NCBI GenBank assembly: GCA_046861385.1
Contig: JBHHTW010000003.1
Location: forward strand, 64,001 to 128,000
Direction of reading: 5' to 3'
Source of the DNA: Fidelibacterota bacterium
GTDB taxonomy: Bacteria > Fidelibacterota > Marinisomatia > Marinisomatales > TCS55
Length of the DNA stretch: 64,000 nt
In this document: positions 38,353 through 49,900 of the stretch, in pieces
Layout of the letters: the number at the start of each line of letters is the position of its first letter
Position numbering within the stretch: the first letter of the stretch is position 1
Made by a program: the position numbers and the translations under genes
The notes under the pieces: model-generated
What the model saw: the letters and a program-made list of their open reading frames with translations, nothing else
Told to the model about the DNA's origin: nothing
Database searches by the model: none

Positions 38353-40635
38353 TTATTTAACTATGGCCAATGTTCCTTTTTGAATTTTTCCATTGCTGGC
38401 AGGATCGAGAGATTTCACAACCCAGAAGTAAATACCGCTTACAACACGACCGGAGAATGAAATGGTATCCTGCCGCCATGATTCTTCTGCAGATTGTGAA
38501 TTCAGATGTTTTTTCTCGTAAACTAAATCTCCGGATGTTGTATAAATGCGAATGAGACAATTCCTTGGTAAATTGATAAACCGCAATTTATAGGGATCAG
38601 CGGCATCGGGATACATATGTTTAGTATCGTTATAGTCCAATCGGTAAGGATTAGGAACTACCTTGATAGGAACCGACATAGTATCATAGGATGCAAAAGA
38701 AGCCTGGAAGGGAGTGGTCGCAATAGCATTTTTTTGTTCAGGTGAAGTACTGCCGCTTTCCAGTGGTGGGATGGGTCCCAGATCATTTCCGTGAATATCC
38801 AACCAGTGTTCGTGCCCGGAATCGACAGTGCGGACACTGTAATAGTAGTTATAACCCGAAAATGAAGTTGAATCAGAGAATGTATAAATGCCAGTATTGG
38901 GGTCATAATACGTTGTGTCCCCCACGGAAATATCTAATAAATATTCCCAGGGACCATAGTGCCAATAATGTGATGGGGGCCAGGATTTATATATCCGATA
39001 GCTTCGAACGTCCCTGGCTTCGTCTCCTTCATAATCAGGGTCTGTTGCATTTTCTGCATCATCCGTCCAATGGACAATCACTTGTCCCAAACGTGTGCTG
39101 CCAAACCAAATATTTACATCAGGAGGTGGGTCGGGAAGATCATAATTATTTTCATAAGCAAATTTTGCTTTGTCAAAATTTTTAAATAGGGATCGCTCTC
39201 CCAATTTAATTTCTAATTTGGCTTCCGGTGTTGCAGACCATGTTAATTCATCTTCTCCCAACCAATCGGCTCCGGAGCCACCGACAAAAGCAAAAACCAG
39301 TTTGGCTTTTTGACCCGGCTCTAATTTATAGGGACCAAAAACCAATGCATGGGTCCCAGTGTCCGGTTTATTTGGGGGTGTTTTGGTTATATCGTTTTCA
39401 TCATTTAAAACAACCATATTAAACATTTCGCTATCCGTATGCTGCCTGGAATTAGGATCATCATAATCAAATTGATCAATATTACCGCTATGCCACCATT
39501 TTGTATAAGCCGGTTGTTTGTTTCCTGAAGGATGAACATAAGTGTCATCATTGGGTTTATAATCCAGAATTCCCATACCGATATATTGGTAAGCCTGGAG
39601 TTGATTTTCTTTTTGTCCCTGGAAATCATTTGGATGTCGGCTGGCTGCTTCCAGTTTGTAAGGCTGCCCCATATCATTCCATGAAGTCTCTATCCAATCA
39701 TCGTCCCGCTGGTAAAACATAATATAATCACGATAGTTTTCACTAAACTCTGGTTCATCGGCTGTAAATGTATCCGCCTTTGTATAAAAATGCAAATCAT
39801 CCTGGGTTTGTTTTCTATTTACACGCCAGTCGCTCCATCCCATACCAAATCCGTTAGCCCAACCATGAGCCATGGAATTTAAACTAAATGAATTCATGAG
39901 AGTCAGATAGGCCGGATCTAATATTTTATTACCCATATTTTCAAATATTAGTTCCTGAATAATAAAATCATCATAATCAGGATAACCCCAGGCATAGGCT
40001 TTGCGGGTAACCCGAATACCTGTTTTTGTCATCCATTGGCAAATGATGATTTCTTCCGGTACAGTATCATGAGCCGTATAGTCATGATATCGATAATTAT
40101 GAATTTCAACAGGTTCATTGCTTGAAATAGTATAATGATATGGGGAATAATTACTCCGTTCCCAATTGGGATAAGACGAATCACCTAATACGGATTCAGA
40201 TGAATTACGAATATTATATGGTGCAGGTTCAATATCATAAGTCACATTTCGAGGTCCTGAATATGAAACCAATGTGTCGTTATTATCATCCACGGCAAGT
40301 ATCCAAACTCCCTGCCCTTTGGAGCTTTGGGGAATGGTGACCCGAGGCATTTCGATTACATTTGGGTCTCCGTTGATATAAGCATCAATATCCAGAAAAT
40401 ATTCCACAAAATCCAAAGCCACCCTGGACATATTTCCGGGGTAGGTCAAACTTTCCTGAGAGTGGCTTCCTGAATGAACACGATTACCGCCGCCATCCAA
40501 TCCATTATTTCTATAGGATGACCACATTTTACCACGGGTTGAATGGCGGGGATTGAAATTGTCAATCATGTCTGCCTGAGCAAATAGCAGTGATATGAAT
40601 AAAATGCTTCCGGATAATTTTAATGCTGATTTCAA
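38353..40635 (-). CDS. Secreted protein of unknown function with Fn3-like domain and 'VVPNPY'-type T9SS/FlgD-Ig-like CTD; paralog of 44616-46925
   Basis: Signal peptide ending LLFA; PDPPP..YRIY..YYYSVRT; CTD VVPNPY..RFINLP..IRIYT.SGDLV..W..VVSGIYFW..KGTLAIVK; TTG start overlaps the upstream TGA. Confidence 0.85.
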   Translation of the reverse strand: MKSALKLSGSILFISLLFAQADMIDNFNPRHSTRGKMWSSYRNNGLDGGGNRVHSGSHSQESLTYPGNMSRVALDFVEYFLDIDAYINGDPNVIEMPRVTIPQSSKGQGVWILAVDDNNDTLVSYSGPRNVTYDIEPAPYNIRNSSESVLGDSSYPNWERSNYSPYHYTISSNEPVEIHNYRYHDYTAHDTVPEEIIICQWMTKTGIRVTRKAYAWGYPDYDDFIIQELIFENMGNKILDPAYLTLMNSFSLNSMAHGWANGFGMGWSDWRVNRKQTQDDLHFYTKADTFTADEPEFSENYRDYIMFYQRDDDWIETSWNDMGQPYKLEAASRHPNDFQGQKENQLQAYQYIGMGILDYKPNDDTYVHPSGNKQPAYTKWWHSGNIDQFDYDDPNSRQHTDSEMFNMVVLNDENDITKTPPNKPDTGTHALVFGPYKLEPGQKAKLVFAFVGGSGADWLGEDELTWSATPEAKLEIKLGERSLFKNFDKAKFAYENNYDLPDPPPDVNIWFGSTRLGQVIVHWTDDAENATDPDYEGDEARDVRSYRIYKSWPPSHYWHYGPWEYLLDISVGDTTYYDPNTGIYTFSDSTSFSGYNYYYSVRTVDSGHEHWLDIHGNDLGPIPPLESGSTSPEQKNAIATTPFQASFASYDTMSVPIKVVPNPYRLDYNDTKHMYPDAADPYKLRFINLPRNCLIRIYTTSGDLVYEKKHLNSQSAEESWRQDTISFSGRVVSGIYFWVVKSLDPASNGKIQKGTLAIVK

Positions 40636-41975
40636 TTAAAAATGAGAGTCAATTTCTGAATAATTTCCACAAAATAAGCACCATTATTGGGCCCAAACCA
40701 ATTCATTATAAATGTTTCATACTCATGAAGATCATACCAGGCATCCTTGGTAATATAACCCACATAACCTCCATTGAAGCTGGTTCCGATAAAATCAATA
40801 CCGTTTGGTTCAGTTACGTATTCAATTTCAGGAATTAATTCTCCGGAGAAATCACAGGGAGTCCCTGCAAGGATAATATCTCCCAAGCGTAAAATAGAAA
40901 TAAAATGAGGCGTGGGTTCAAAAAATAGATGAAAAATCCACGGTCTAAATCTCCAATTTGTATCGATTCTCCAATGGGGTTCTCGCAAGGGAATATTAAA
41001 TTTAAATGAATCCAAATTTAATTCACTTCTTACAGGAACGTCTAAATAATTGGATGAAACTTTATCCCTCAAACTTGATGCCAGCCAAGCGATTCGTTTA
41101 TATTTACTGTACCCTCCGCTATCCGGTCGATGGCTTCCCACGCCTCCGGCACAAAAGGCAGCGAAATCGACATTGGGCAATGTTTCCAAGGAATCAACTA
41201 ACGCTCCAGGGTAACCTCTTGAAAATCGCATTTCCCGTCCAGACAAACAAGTGGCATGGGCTGAAAATGATGTAATCAGTGCAATATTACCAGATTCTTT
41301 TTGAATTTTTACTACTCGGAACCAGGGATCGACAATTCCTTTTTCGCCAACCAATCTATTTTTGACTAATTTTCTGGCTTCATATTTACTGAAACCGACT
41401 TTGGCGTCTTCCATATTATCATTCGCATTTTTAATGGTTGTTAATATGGCTTCTGTAATATCATTCACAATCTTTGGATCAAATTCACCTGAAAATTTAT
41501 TGGCGATCCAACTATCTCCCCAGGCACCAATGGAGCAATGAGTATGGGTTGCTGATAAATATACATTTTCAAATAAAAAGCCAATTTCATGTAATCGGTC
41601 TTTTAGCTCAAATGTAACTAAGGGCGGAACCAATAAAGCGTCTAATGTTATGAGGGCACTTTTTATCACACCGTTATCAAAAACAAATCCCCGTACCCAT
41701 AAAGAATCATGAACTCCGGTAGAAAGAGCTCCTTCTCGATCTCCATAACCAGAAAGAGGAACGGAATAGGAGGGAGTCATATTGGTTTTAGCCCAGCCTG
41801 CTTTGAAATAAGCACCAGTGGAGTTTAAATCGGCTGAATTCAGGCTATCGATTCTGGACATGGCAATTTGATAATATTCAGTTTCGTGAACGTGAGTTCG
41901 ATCCACGGGGGAAAAAATGCCTAAAAATAAAAGCAGTAAAATTCCCAAAATTAACAATATTGTTTTCTTAACCAT
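40632..41975 (-). CDS. Neutral/alkaline ceramidase-family amidohydrolase
   Basis: PLSGYG, GVHDSLWVR, SATHTHCS, FSAHAT, PCDFSGE, SFNGGYVGYI. Confidence 0.82.
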   Translation of the reverse strand: MVKKTILLILGILLLLFLGIFSPVDRTHVHETEYYQIAMSRIDSLNSADLNSTGAYFKAGWAKTNMTPSYSVPLSGYGDREGALSTGVHDSLWVRGFVFDNGVIKSALITLDALLVPPLVTFELKDRLHEIGFLFENVYLSATHTHCSIGAWGDSWIANKFSGEFDPKIVNDITEAILTTIKNANDNMEDAKVGFSKYEARKLVKNRLVGEKGIVDPWFRVVKIQKESGNIALITSFSAHATCLSGREMRFSRGYPGALVDSLETLPNVDFAAFCAGGVGSHRPDSGGYSKYKRIAWLASSLRDKVSSNYLDVPVRSELNLDSFKFNIPLREPHWRIDTNWRFRPWIFHLFFEPTPHFISILRLGDIILAGTPCDFSGELIPEIEYVTEPNGIDFIGTSFNGGYVGYITKDAWYDLHEYETFIMNWFGPNNGAYFVEIIQKLTLIFN

Positions 41976-41979
41976 ATTT

Positions 41980-43533
41980 TTATCTATCTGTATTCCAGAC
42001 TGTTAGATTTTTCAAATTCCTTTTATGATCCGTTAATAACATGGCAGCAACAATGGCTAACGAGAACATCAGGATATTACCAATCAGTCCAGTGTAATAC
42101 AAATCAAATGGAACCTGAAGATATATTGGAACCAGACCATGGCTTGCCAAGATAGTCCATCCGGTAAAAATGAATGTAAAGGATAAACCGATCCAGACTG
42201 ATTTTGTACTCCCCTTTTGGGTAAAAAACCCTAAGAAATACAGACCCAATAAACCACCGCTCGTAATGGAAATGAGAATGATAGCCGTATCCCGGATTGT
42301 TTCTGTTTTCGATAGGGTCAGGACAAGCGCTCCTCCAATCATGATCCCTGAAGCTGCAAATGCCATCATTTGAGCAGATCTCAAGTAATGATGGTCACTT
42401 CTGTTTTTAACCAGATGACGTTGATAAATATCAACGATTCCCACAGTAGAAATTGCGTTAATACTCGAATCCAGGGAAGACATGGCTGCGGCCAGGGCAG
42501 CTGAAATCACCAGCCCCGTTATTCCAGGGGGCAAATAATTCATTATAAAGTATGGAAATATCTGTTCTGCTTTTCTGATTCCAGTTAACATTTCTGTTGT
42601 CTCTATCGTCGGGAAAATTTTAAAATATACGTATAGAGACGTTCCTATGAACATATAAAAAGCCCAGATGGGCAAACTGGAAACCACACAAACAAACATG
42701 GCTTTACGAGCTTCGTGTACATTTTTTGCAGTGGCGTATCTCTGAATAATATTCTGATTAGCACAATATTCTGTCAACCAACTGGTCAATCCCACCAATA
42801 GCAGCATGGTTCCCGTTTTAGTTGCAAGAGAAATGTTCCATGAGATCGGCCTTACTGTAGAATCATTCCATTCGGCAAGAGATAGTTTCCCATCAGCGAC
42901 TGCCGTTGAAATGATTTGCTCCAGACCCCCCGGTAAATGATGAATAATCACACCCAGGGTTAATAATCCGCCAAAGACTAAAATTAAAGTTTGAATGACA
43001 TCTGTCCAAATAACAGCTTTGATTCCTCCCATGACTGTATAAATAGCTACAAACATTCCTCCTAGAAAGATACAGACAATTAGAGAAAAGCCGGTCATTT
43101 CATGAATAAGAAGTGAAAGGAGATATAGAATCAAACTAATTCTGACCAATTGAGCAATAATAAAGGTGATCCCCCCATAGACCCGAACGGATGGTCCAAA
43201 CCGGTCTTCAAGGTATTCATAAGCTGATATAATTTTTCCGCGTCGAAAAAAGGGAAGAAAAATATAAGCGGCCATTGCCACGGCTACCGGCATTGCCCAG
43301 GTCGTCAGTATCCTCATCCAGGAAGTTTTAAATGCATCGCCGGGAAAGGATATGAAAGTAATGGAACTAATGGATGTTCCCACCAGGCTCATTCCAACCA
43401 CCAACCCCGAAAAATTTCGTCCTCCCACAAAATATTCTTCGGTGCTGAAATTCTTCAGGGAAAAATAAACTCCCATTCCTGCTATTAGAACAAGATAGCT
43501 AAGGATAACTGTTAAATCAAGCCAATGAAGCAT
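41980..43533 (-). CDS. Sodium:solute symporter (SiaT/NanT-like SSS)
   Basis: EYFVGGR, SISSITFISFPG, AYEYLEDRFG, GGIKAVIWTDVIQ, NQNIIQRY, AAMSSLDSSIN. Confidence 0.93.
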   Translation of the reverse strand: MLHWLDLTVILSYLVLIAGMGVYFSLKNFSTEEYFVGGRNFSGLVVGMSLVGTSISSITFISFPGDAFKTSWMRILTTWAMPVAVAMAAYIFLPFFRRGKIISAYEYLEDRFGPSVRVYGGITFIIAQLVRISLILYLLSLLIHEMTGFSLIVCIFLGGMFVAIYTVMGGIKAVIWTDVIQTLILVFGGLLTLGVIIHHLPGGLEQIISTAVADGKLSLAEWNDSTVRPISWNISLATKTGTMLLLVGLTSWLTEYCANQNIIQRYATAKNVHEARKAMFVCVVSSLPIWAFYMFIGTSLYVYFKIFPTIETTEMLTGIRKAEQIFPYFIMNYLPPGITGLVISAALAAAMSSLDSSINAISTVGIVDIYQRHLVKNRSDHHYLRSAQMMAFAASGIMIGGALVLTLSKTETIRDTAIILISITSGGLLGLYFLGFFTQKGSTKSVWIGLSFTFIFTGWTILASHGLVPIYLQVPFDLYYTGLIGNILMFSLAIVAAMLLTDHKRNLKNLTVWNTDR

Positions 43534-43654
43534 CAGTGATCAATGAACCACGAGAATGTTTTCTGGTGTAAAATCCAGAATGTTTTAGGCAATTGAAATA
43601 TTCCTTGGATATAGTCAAAAAGAAAATTTCTAAAATAGATAAATGTGATTGGGA

Positions 43655-44596
43655 TTATAAAGATCCACCAATGGAAATTCTTAGGGGAGGATCGAAATAT
43701 TCATCAAAGTTAGAATAAGCGATGTTAATTAATACTCTGCGAAGACCAATTTTTATTTTTAGTCCGGCGCCCACTGTCCAATCTTCAGTGTCATAGAAAA
43801 ACTTATATCCCCCGCGCAATGCAATCAAGTCCGCAATCCAAAGTTCAGAACCAACATGATATCGATCACGATAATCGGTTGCAAAAGCGCTTTCAGCAGA
43901 TACAAGCAACTGTATAGGGCTGCCGTGTTCGCCAATGATGCTCATGGCAGAATTAATATTGAAATAGAGGGGAAGTTTGAATTTCTTGGTTAAATATTTT
44001 GCATCCGGTCCAAAATTCTTCATGACCATGGCAATGGATAAATCTTTGAATCCTGATAAATAAAATGTGGAAAAGTCAAAAGCAAATCCTTTTGCTTTGT
44101 CGTTATCAATAAATTCTTCAATATATTGACCCTTAATGCCAAAGGATAATCTATCTGTTAGTCGAATAGCGTATGCAGTACTGATGGCAATATCTCCCGC
44201 CTCAATAAACCGTCCGGTTCCTTCTGGTTCAAAAATGGTTGTTTCTTCAAATTCTTCTGTTGTGAATCTGATAACACTTAATCCGAGCACGCTCCGTTTT
44301 CCTAAAGGGAATCCGATTGCTCCAGATATAAGTTTAGAATTAACAATCCAGTCCGTATGATTAAAACTAAAATCGATATTTTTAATATGGGTGAGTCCTG
44401 CCGGATTGAAAAAGATGGTTGTAACATCGTTTGCAACAGCCGTAAAAGCATCACCCATTCCTGCAGCACGAGCTGATGGACTGATTTTCAAAAATGAAAA
44501 TCCTGATTTTCCCAATCGCTTAAAATCGTCTCCTATCAACAAAGAACTTGTAAATAAAATAAGGGTTAGAATTTTGCCAATAGATGTCTTTTTCAT
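43655..44596 (-). CDS. PorV/PorQ-family (UPF0164, FadL-like) outer-membrane barrel
   Basis: FSFLKISPSARAAGMGDAFTAVAND...FFNPAGL, KNFGP, LPLYF, IALRGGY; signal peptide. Confidence 0.88.
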   Translation of the reverse strand: MKKTSIGKILTLILFTSSLLIGDDFKRLGKSGFSFLKISPSARAAGMGDAFTAVANDVTTIFFNPAGLTHIKNIDFSFNHTDWIVNSKLISGAIGFPLGKRSVLGLSVIRFTTEEFEETTIFEPEGTGRFIEAGDIAISTAYAIRLTDRLSFGIKGQYIEEFIDNDKAKGFAFDFSTFYLSGFKDLSIAMVMKNFGPDAKYLTKKFKLPLYFNINSAMSIIGEHGSPIQLLVSAESAFATDYRDRYHVGSELWIADLIALRGGYKFFYDTEDWTVGAGLKIKIGLRRVLINIAYSNFDEYFDPPLRISIGGSL

Positions 44597-44615
44597 AATA
44601 CTTTCATGATCAAAT

Positions 44616-46925
44616 TTATTTAACGACTGCTAATGTACCTTTTTGTATTTTCCCCTCGCTGGCAGGATCAAGAGAGTCGACAATCCAAAAATAGATACCG
44701 CTCACCACACGTCCTGAAAATGAGACAGTATCCTGACGCCATGAAGATTCAGCGGATGTTGCTTTTTGATGTACCTTTTCATATACGAGATCTCCGGAAG
44801 CAGAATATATACGAATCATGCAATGCTTAGGTAAATTAATAAAGCGTATTTTGTATGGGTCTGCAACATCAGGGTACATATGAGCCGGATCATTGTAATC
44901 TAATCGATAGGGGTTGGGAACGACTCGGATTCGTTCTGCCATTTGATCATAAATAGGAGCAGACGGCTGGAATGGAGTGACTGCAATCATATTTTTCTGT
45001 TCCGGGGAGGCATAACCGCTCTCGAGTGATTCAATGACACCATGGTCCACGCCATAGGGATCCACCCAATGATCGTGCCCTGAATCGTAGGTGCGGACAC
45101 TGTAATAATAATTATAACCGGCAAATGATTCATTATCAGTGAATGTATATTTCCCAGAGGAGGGCTCATAATAGTTACTATTTTTTAAAGGAATATCCTG
45201 GACCAATTCCCAGGGGCCATAATGCCAGTCAAAAGAGGTGGGCCAGGAGCGATAAACCCGGTAACCCCTGACATCATAAGCTTCATCTCCACTATAGTCC
45301 GGATCTCGGGCAGAATCTGCTTTGTCACTCCAGGTGAGTATCATATTCCCTGCCTGACTATTATGAAAAGTGACACTGACATCCGGAGGAGCATCCGGGA
45401 GATCAAATCCCATTTCATAAGCAAATATGGCTTTTTTGAAATTTTTTATAATTGAATGTTCACCATCTTTTATTTCAAATTTTGCATGTATTTCTTTGGA
45501 CCAGGTTATTTCATCTTTATGATGGAAATCAGCGCCGGAACCTGCCGCGAAAGCGAAGACAATTTTCGCCTTCTCCCCCGGATCTAACGTATATGGACCA
45601 AAAACCATTGCATGGGTCACCAACATGGAAGAATCGGGATTGTCTGCAATAGCTCCTCCCGTTGTATCAATCAACATTTGATACATTTCCACATCGGTAT
45701 GTCTTGATTTATTTGGTTCGTTGTAATCTAATTGATTACTGTTCCCATTCTTCCACCATTTGACCGCATAGGGCTGATTTGATAATTCCGGAGGTACATA
45801 AGATTCATTCGGATCATTTATGAATGGAGGCATAAAATCGATGAGACCACATCCAATATATTGATAACCCAAAAGCTGGTTTTCGGTCTGTCCTTGAAAT
45901 TCATTATAACTATCCAAGTCTGCAAATGTAGAGACAAATGGCTGTCCCGTATCATCATGCGGCGTACCTAACCAGTCATCATCCCGCTGATAACAAAAGA
46001 CTAAATCTTTGTAAACAGCCGTACTCTCCGGATTATCGGCTTCATAGTTTGGAGCACCTGTGTATAATAGCCAATCATCTTGGGCTGATTCAGCGTTAAT
46101 TCTCCAATCCCCCCAACCCATACCGTTTCCTTTTGCCCATTGGTGTCCACCGCTGGAAATACTAAAACTATTCATTAAAGTGAAGTAAGTATCTGTGAGG
46201 TTATTTGAACCGGAATTTTCAAAAATAATTTCCTGTAGGATGAAATCATCATATTCTGGATAGCTCCAGGCATATGCTTTTCGGGTAGCAGTGATTCCCA
46301 TTTTATTTTTCCACTGACTGATGATTATTTCTTCCGGAAATTCATCATCCAAGATATACTTCCCATGAGCATAATTATGAATTTCTATCGGTTCATTGCC
46401 CTGTACTGTAAAGTGATAAGGTGAGTAATTAGACCGTTCAATACTCGGCCAGGATGAGTCACCGAGTGATTCTTCAATAGATCCGCCCATTGAATACCGT
46501 TCATTATCAATATCATCACTTATATCGCGAGGTCCTGAATAGGAAACCAGTGTATCATTTCCGTTTACAACGGCTAAGACCCACACTCCAGTACCTCGTC
46601 CATTTTGCGGATTACAGACCCGAGCCACATCCAGGATATTGGGTGCTCCTGAAACGACTGCCTCTATATCCAGCCAATATTTCATGAAATCCTGACCCCT
46701 GCCAGCATTCCCCGGGTATTCTAATGATGTTTGATCGTGGCTTTGATATCTTGGTGTATTTCCACCTCCCTGGAGGCCATTGCTCCTAAATGTATCCCAG
46801 AGTTTAGACCGGGTTAATAATCTTGGTGAAAAACCGGTTACAGGATCTGCCTGGGCTGAAAGGGTAGTAAAAAATCCCGAAAGAGTAAATGTAATAAACG
46901 TTAGCCAAATAATTCGAATTTTCAT
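44616..46925 (-). CDS. Secreted protein of unknown function with Fn3-like domain and 'VVPNPY'-type CTD
   Basis: Signal peptide ending LSAQ; collinear with 38353-40635; CTD ends KGTLAVVK. Confidence 0.85.
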   Translation of the reverse strand: MKIRIIWLTFITFTLSGFFTTLSAQADPVTGFSPRLLTRSKLWDTFRSNGLQGGGNTPRYQSHDQTSLEYPGNAGRGQDFMKYWLDIEAVVSGAPNILDVARVCNPQNGRGTGVWVLAVVNGNDTLVSYSGPRDISDDIDNERYSMGGSIEESLGDSSWPSIERSNYSPYHFTVQGNEPIEIHNYAHGKYILDDEFPEEIIISQWKNKMGITATRKAYAWSYPEYDDFILQEIIFENSGSNNLTDTYFTLMNSFSISSGGHQWAKGNGMGWGDWRINAESAQDDWLLYTGAPNYEADNPESTAVYKDLVFCYQRDDDWLGTPHDDTGQPFVSTFADLDSYNEFQGQTENQLLGYQYIGCGLIDFMPPFINDPNESYVPPELSNQPYAVKWWKNGNSNQLDYNEPNKSRHTDVEMYQMLIDTTGGAIADNPDSSMLVTHAMVFGPYTLDPGEKAKIVFAFAAGSGADFHHKDEITWSKEIHAKFEIKDGEHSIIKNFKKAIFAYEMGFDLPDAPPDVSVTFHNSQAGNMILTWSDKADSARDPDYSGDEAYDVRGYRVYRSWPTSFDWHYGPWELVQDIPLKNSNYYEPSSGKYTFTDNESFAGYNYYYSVRTYDSGHDHWVDPYGVDHGVIESLESGYASPEQKNMIAVTPFQPSAPIYDQMAERIRVVPNPYRLDYNDPAHMYPDVADPYKIRFINLPKHCMIRIYSASGDLVYEKVHQKATSAESSWRQDTVSFSGRVVSGIYFWIVDSLDPASEGKIQKGTLAVVK

Positions 46926-46943
46926 GTATTGAAACTCAATTCA

Positions 46944-49900
46944 TCAGAAAGATGAACGGATTCCGATTTTAATTTCTCGTGGTGTGCCATGGTATCTCGA
47001 ATTCGCATAAAAATCGCCATATTCTTGATAAAGCTCATTATCAGGACGAGGTGTTTCCATTCCCCAGCGAATGTATTCTGGTCCGTAAATTGATTTAAAA
47101 CTTCCATCTCCACGTATGTCTCTTTGATTAAATAAATTCGTTATTTGAACGAATAATGTTGCTCGATAATTACCTTTTTTGAAGAATATTTTTTCAAAAC
47201 TTAAATCAGTTTGTGTTGTCAGGGGACCATTACGCCATTCATTTGGCTTCCCGGGTGGGGAGTAGTCAAAAGGAGTTCCCGTAGACATTTTGTAGATCAT
47301 ATTGATGGTAATATCCCCCAATAGTCCCCAAGGACCGAATTTGTCCGGAGTTGCAAAAAAGAGTTGTGCCTTTCCATAACTACGTATATCTGCTTCTGGT
47401 TTAGGTTGTTCTTCAGTTCCTCCCCAAAATTCCACAACCCACAAACCCGTCGAATCTAATTGGTGGACTTCCAGGCCCAAAGATCTTAAAGAATCGATGA
47501 AGGTGTTTGCTTTGGATGCATATGAATTAACCAAAAAAAATGGGAAGAGGGGCCGGGGGTTTTCAGAGCCATCCTCGTTGACAGAATATTGCGTCCAAAA
47601 ATGACCATTGGCAATGAATTGTGAATCCGGTATCCAAAATTGACTGCCAATTCCTGCTTCACCCTGAACCGCCCACTGTAAATTATAGGATAATTTGAAA
47701 CCAAAGTTTCGGTTGAAATTTTTCTTTAAGCTTAATTCGAAACCTTGGATATCCTCGTGAATACCATTCCCGGCCATGTGGGTAAATTGAAAATCAAACA
47801 TTTGCTTTGCCGGGTCCCACCAATTTAATTGAACAGATCCTGGACTGCTCACCTGATTGTTAGAACTTTTGTAAAATGTGGAGAGAGCCAGAACGTAGTC
47901 GGCATAAAAATTCCAATCAAAACCAAGCTCAAAGCTGATTGTTTTTTCATACTGAAGCCTCGGATTCCCAAAATTCCCCTCCTCGATTGTATTATATTCC
48001 TCGGTGGGATCGCTGATGCCATTTCCATTAATATCTTTGTCTCTTGAACCATCATTAGACCAATATTCTCCAAATAAAGTGTAGAAACTGGCTAATTGAT
48101 AAATATGACCATAAAAGAAATGGATCATGGAACGATCAGTAATCGGGTGGGCGACGCCAATCCGTGGGCTCCATGCTGTGATGGGTTCTACCTTTTTAAG
48201 TAAACCAAATGCATTAAGCGAATCGTAATTAAAACGTGTAAATGAATTAAAAAAGAAATCAGACGCTCCCATGGCGGTCGTCACCGGATACTCGGTGCTG
48301 GGATCAAAACGATCCAATCGTATCCCTGCATTTACTACTAAACCTTTATACTCCATTTTGTCCTGAATGTACCATGCGAATTGTTTGGGTTTTACAGGCG
48401 ATTCTAAGGTGTGATGATCCCCAATGAACGAAAATGATCTTCTGTTTAAAATATCATTATAGTTGACTGCCCATACATTATATTCCGTATAATCAAACCC
48501 TGTCTTTAGAAAATTATTTTGATTCAATTGTGTTGAAAAATCAAATTTAACACCAAAACGAATGCGTTGTCCTTTAGTGAAAGCATTTATTTTTCGAGGT
48601 AAATAAAACCAATTATCCTTATCCTTCTGGATACCGGTGGTTGAATCGGGAGTATCTTCCGGTGTTTGGGTATTAACAGAATTTGAAATACGCAATTCAT
48701 AATATGTTTTTTCACTTAACATATGGGTGAAGGACAGATAATTCATTTTATCGGTATTGACCGTTTTACCAGCGGCGGCTTCATTCATGGGTAGGAAAAT
48801 ATTTTGACCTCCGCTCCTGATTCCTGCTGTTCCTCCGCCCGAATTAAATCCCCAACTCGAAGAATACAATCCTCCAAATTTTAGGGCAATTTTTGGATGG
48901 ATGTTAATTGACAGTTTCCATGTACCATTAAAATTATCAGCAGCATGTGAAAGAGGACTAATCTCATTGACGGCTTCGTTTGAGGTGCGACCGCCCAGAA
49001 AGAAAGAAATATTTTTTGTGATGGGTCCCGCCAAATTTCCTTGAATGGCACCTCCCCAATTTTGAACATAATCAATTTTTTTATGGACGAGATTACCTGT
49101 TAAACTATCAATTTCATTCACCCATTCCGCATTGTCCCAATGCATATGGCCTCGATGTTCCGGCGAATCAAAATAATTTGGACCCCAGTGGTGCTTTCCT
49201 GATAATTCATTTGTGTATTCAATATTAGCGTGAAAGATATCTGTTCCTTCTTTGGTAACAATATTGATGATTCCAGCCTGTGCATTTCCATATTCTGCGC
49301 TCAGTCCGCCGGTGATGATAGAAATGGACTCAATATCATATTTACCCGCGCCGTTATAATTGAGAAGGCTCAATCCGTCATTGCTGATCATTTTAACACC
49401 ATCGACGTAATATACAACATCTGCAGCAATGGAGTTCATATCACCTCCACGAATCATTCCCCGTCCACCAATATCCATCCCCGGCTCCAATGCGATCAGT
49501 TCCTCTACATTTTTTACCAGCACTGAACGTCCAATATCCTCTGAACTCACGATATATTCACTGTACGTCCTATCCACCTCAACACGAGGTCTTTCTGCCA
49601 CAACAATGACTTCTTCGCCTTCAATGGCTTCTTCATACAGGGTAAAATTGACTAAGGATGTTCTGTCAGGATTAACTTTAATATTTTTAATAGTTAGAGA
49701 TTTATACCCAATCATTTGAGCAGTCAAACTGTAGGAACCAGGAGCCACATTTAATATGACAAAATATCCATCTTTATCAGCGGCTGCACCGCGGTTTGTT
49801 CCAGCCAAGAGTATATTGGTTCCGGATAAAATTTGCCCTTTACTATCTTTAACATGCCCATTTATTTTTCCAGTTATACCTCCAATCAAATTCAAGGGAA

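Noticed and set aside
38353-46925. Assembly duplication or TR/VR pair explaining the two paralogs
   Set aside because: The copies differ throughout, with synonymous changes and indels and no adenine-specific pattern, indicating an older gene duplication.
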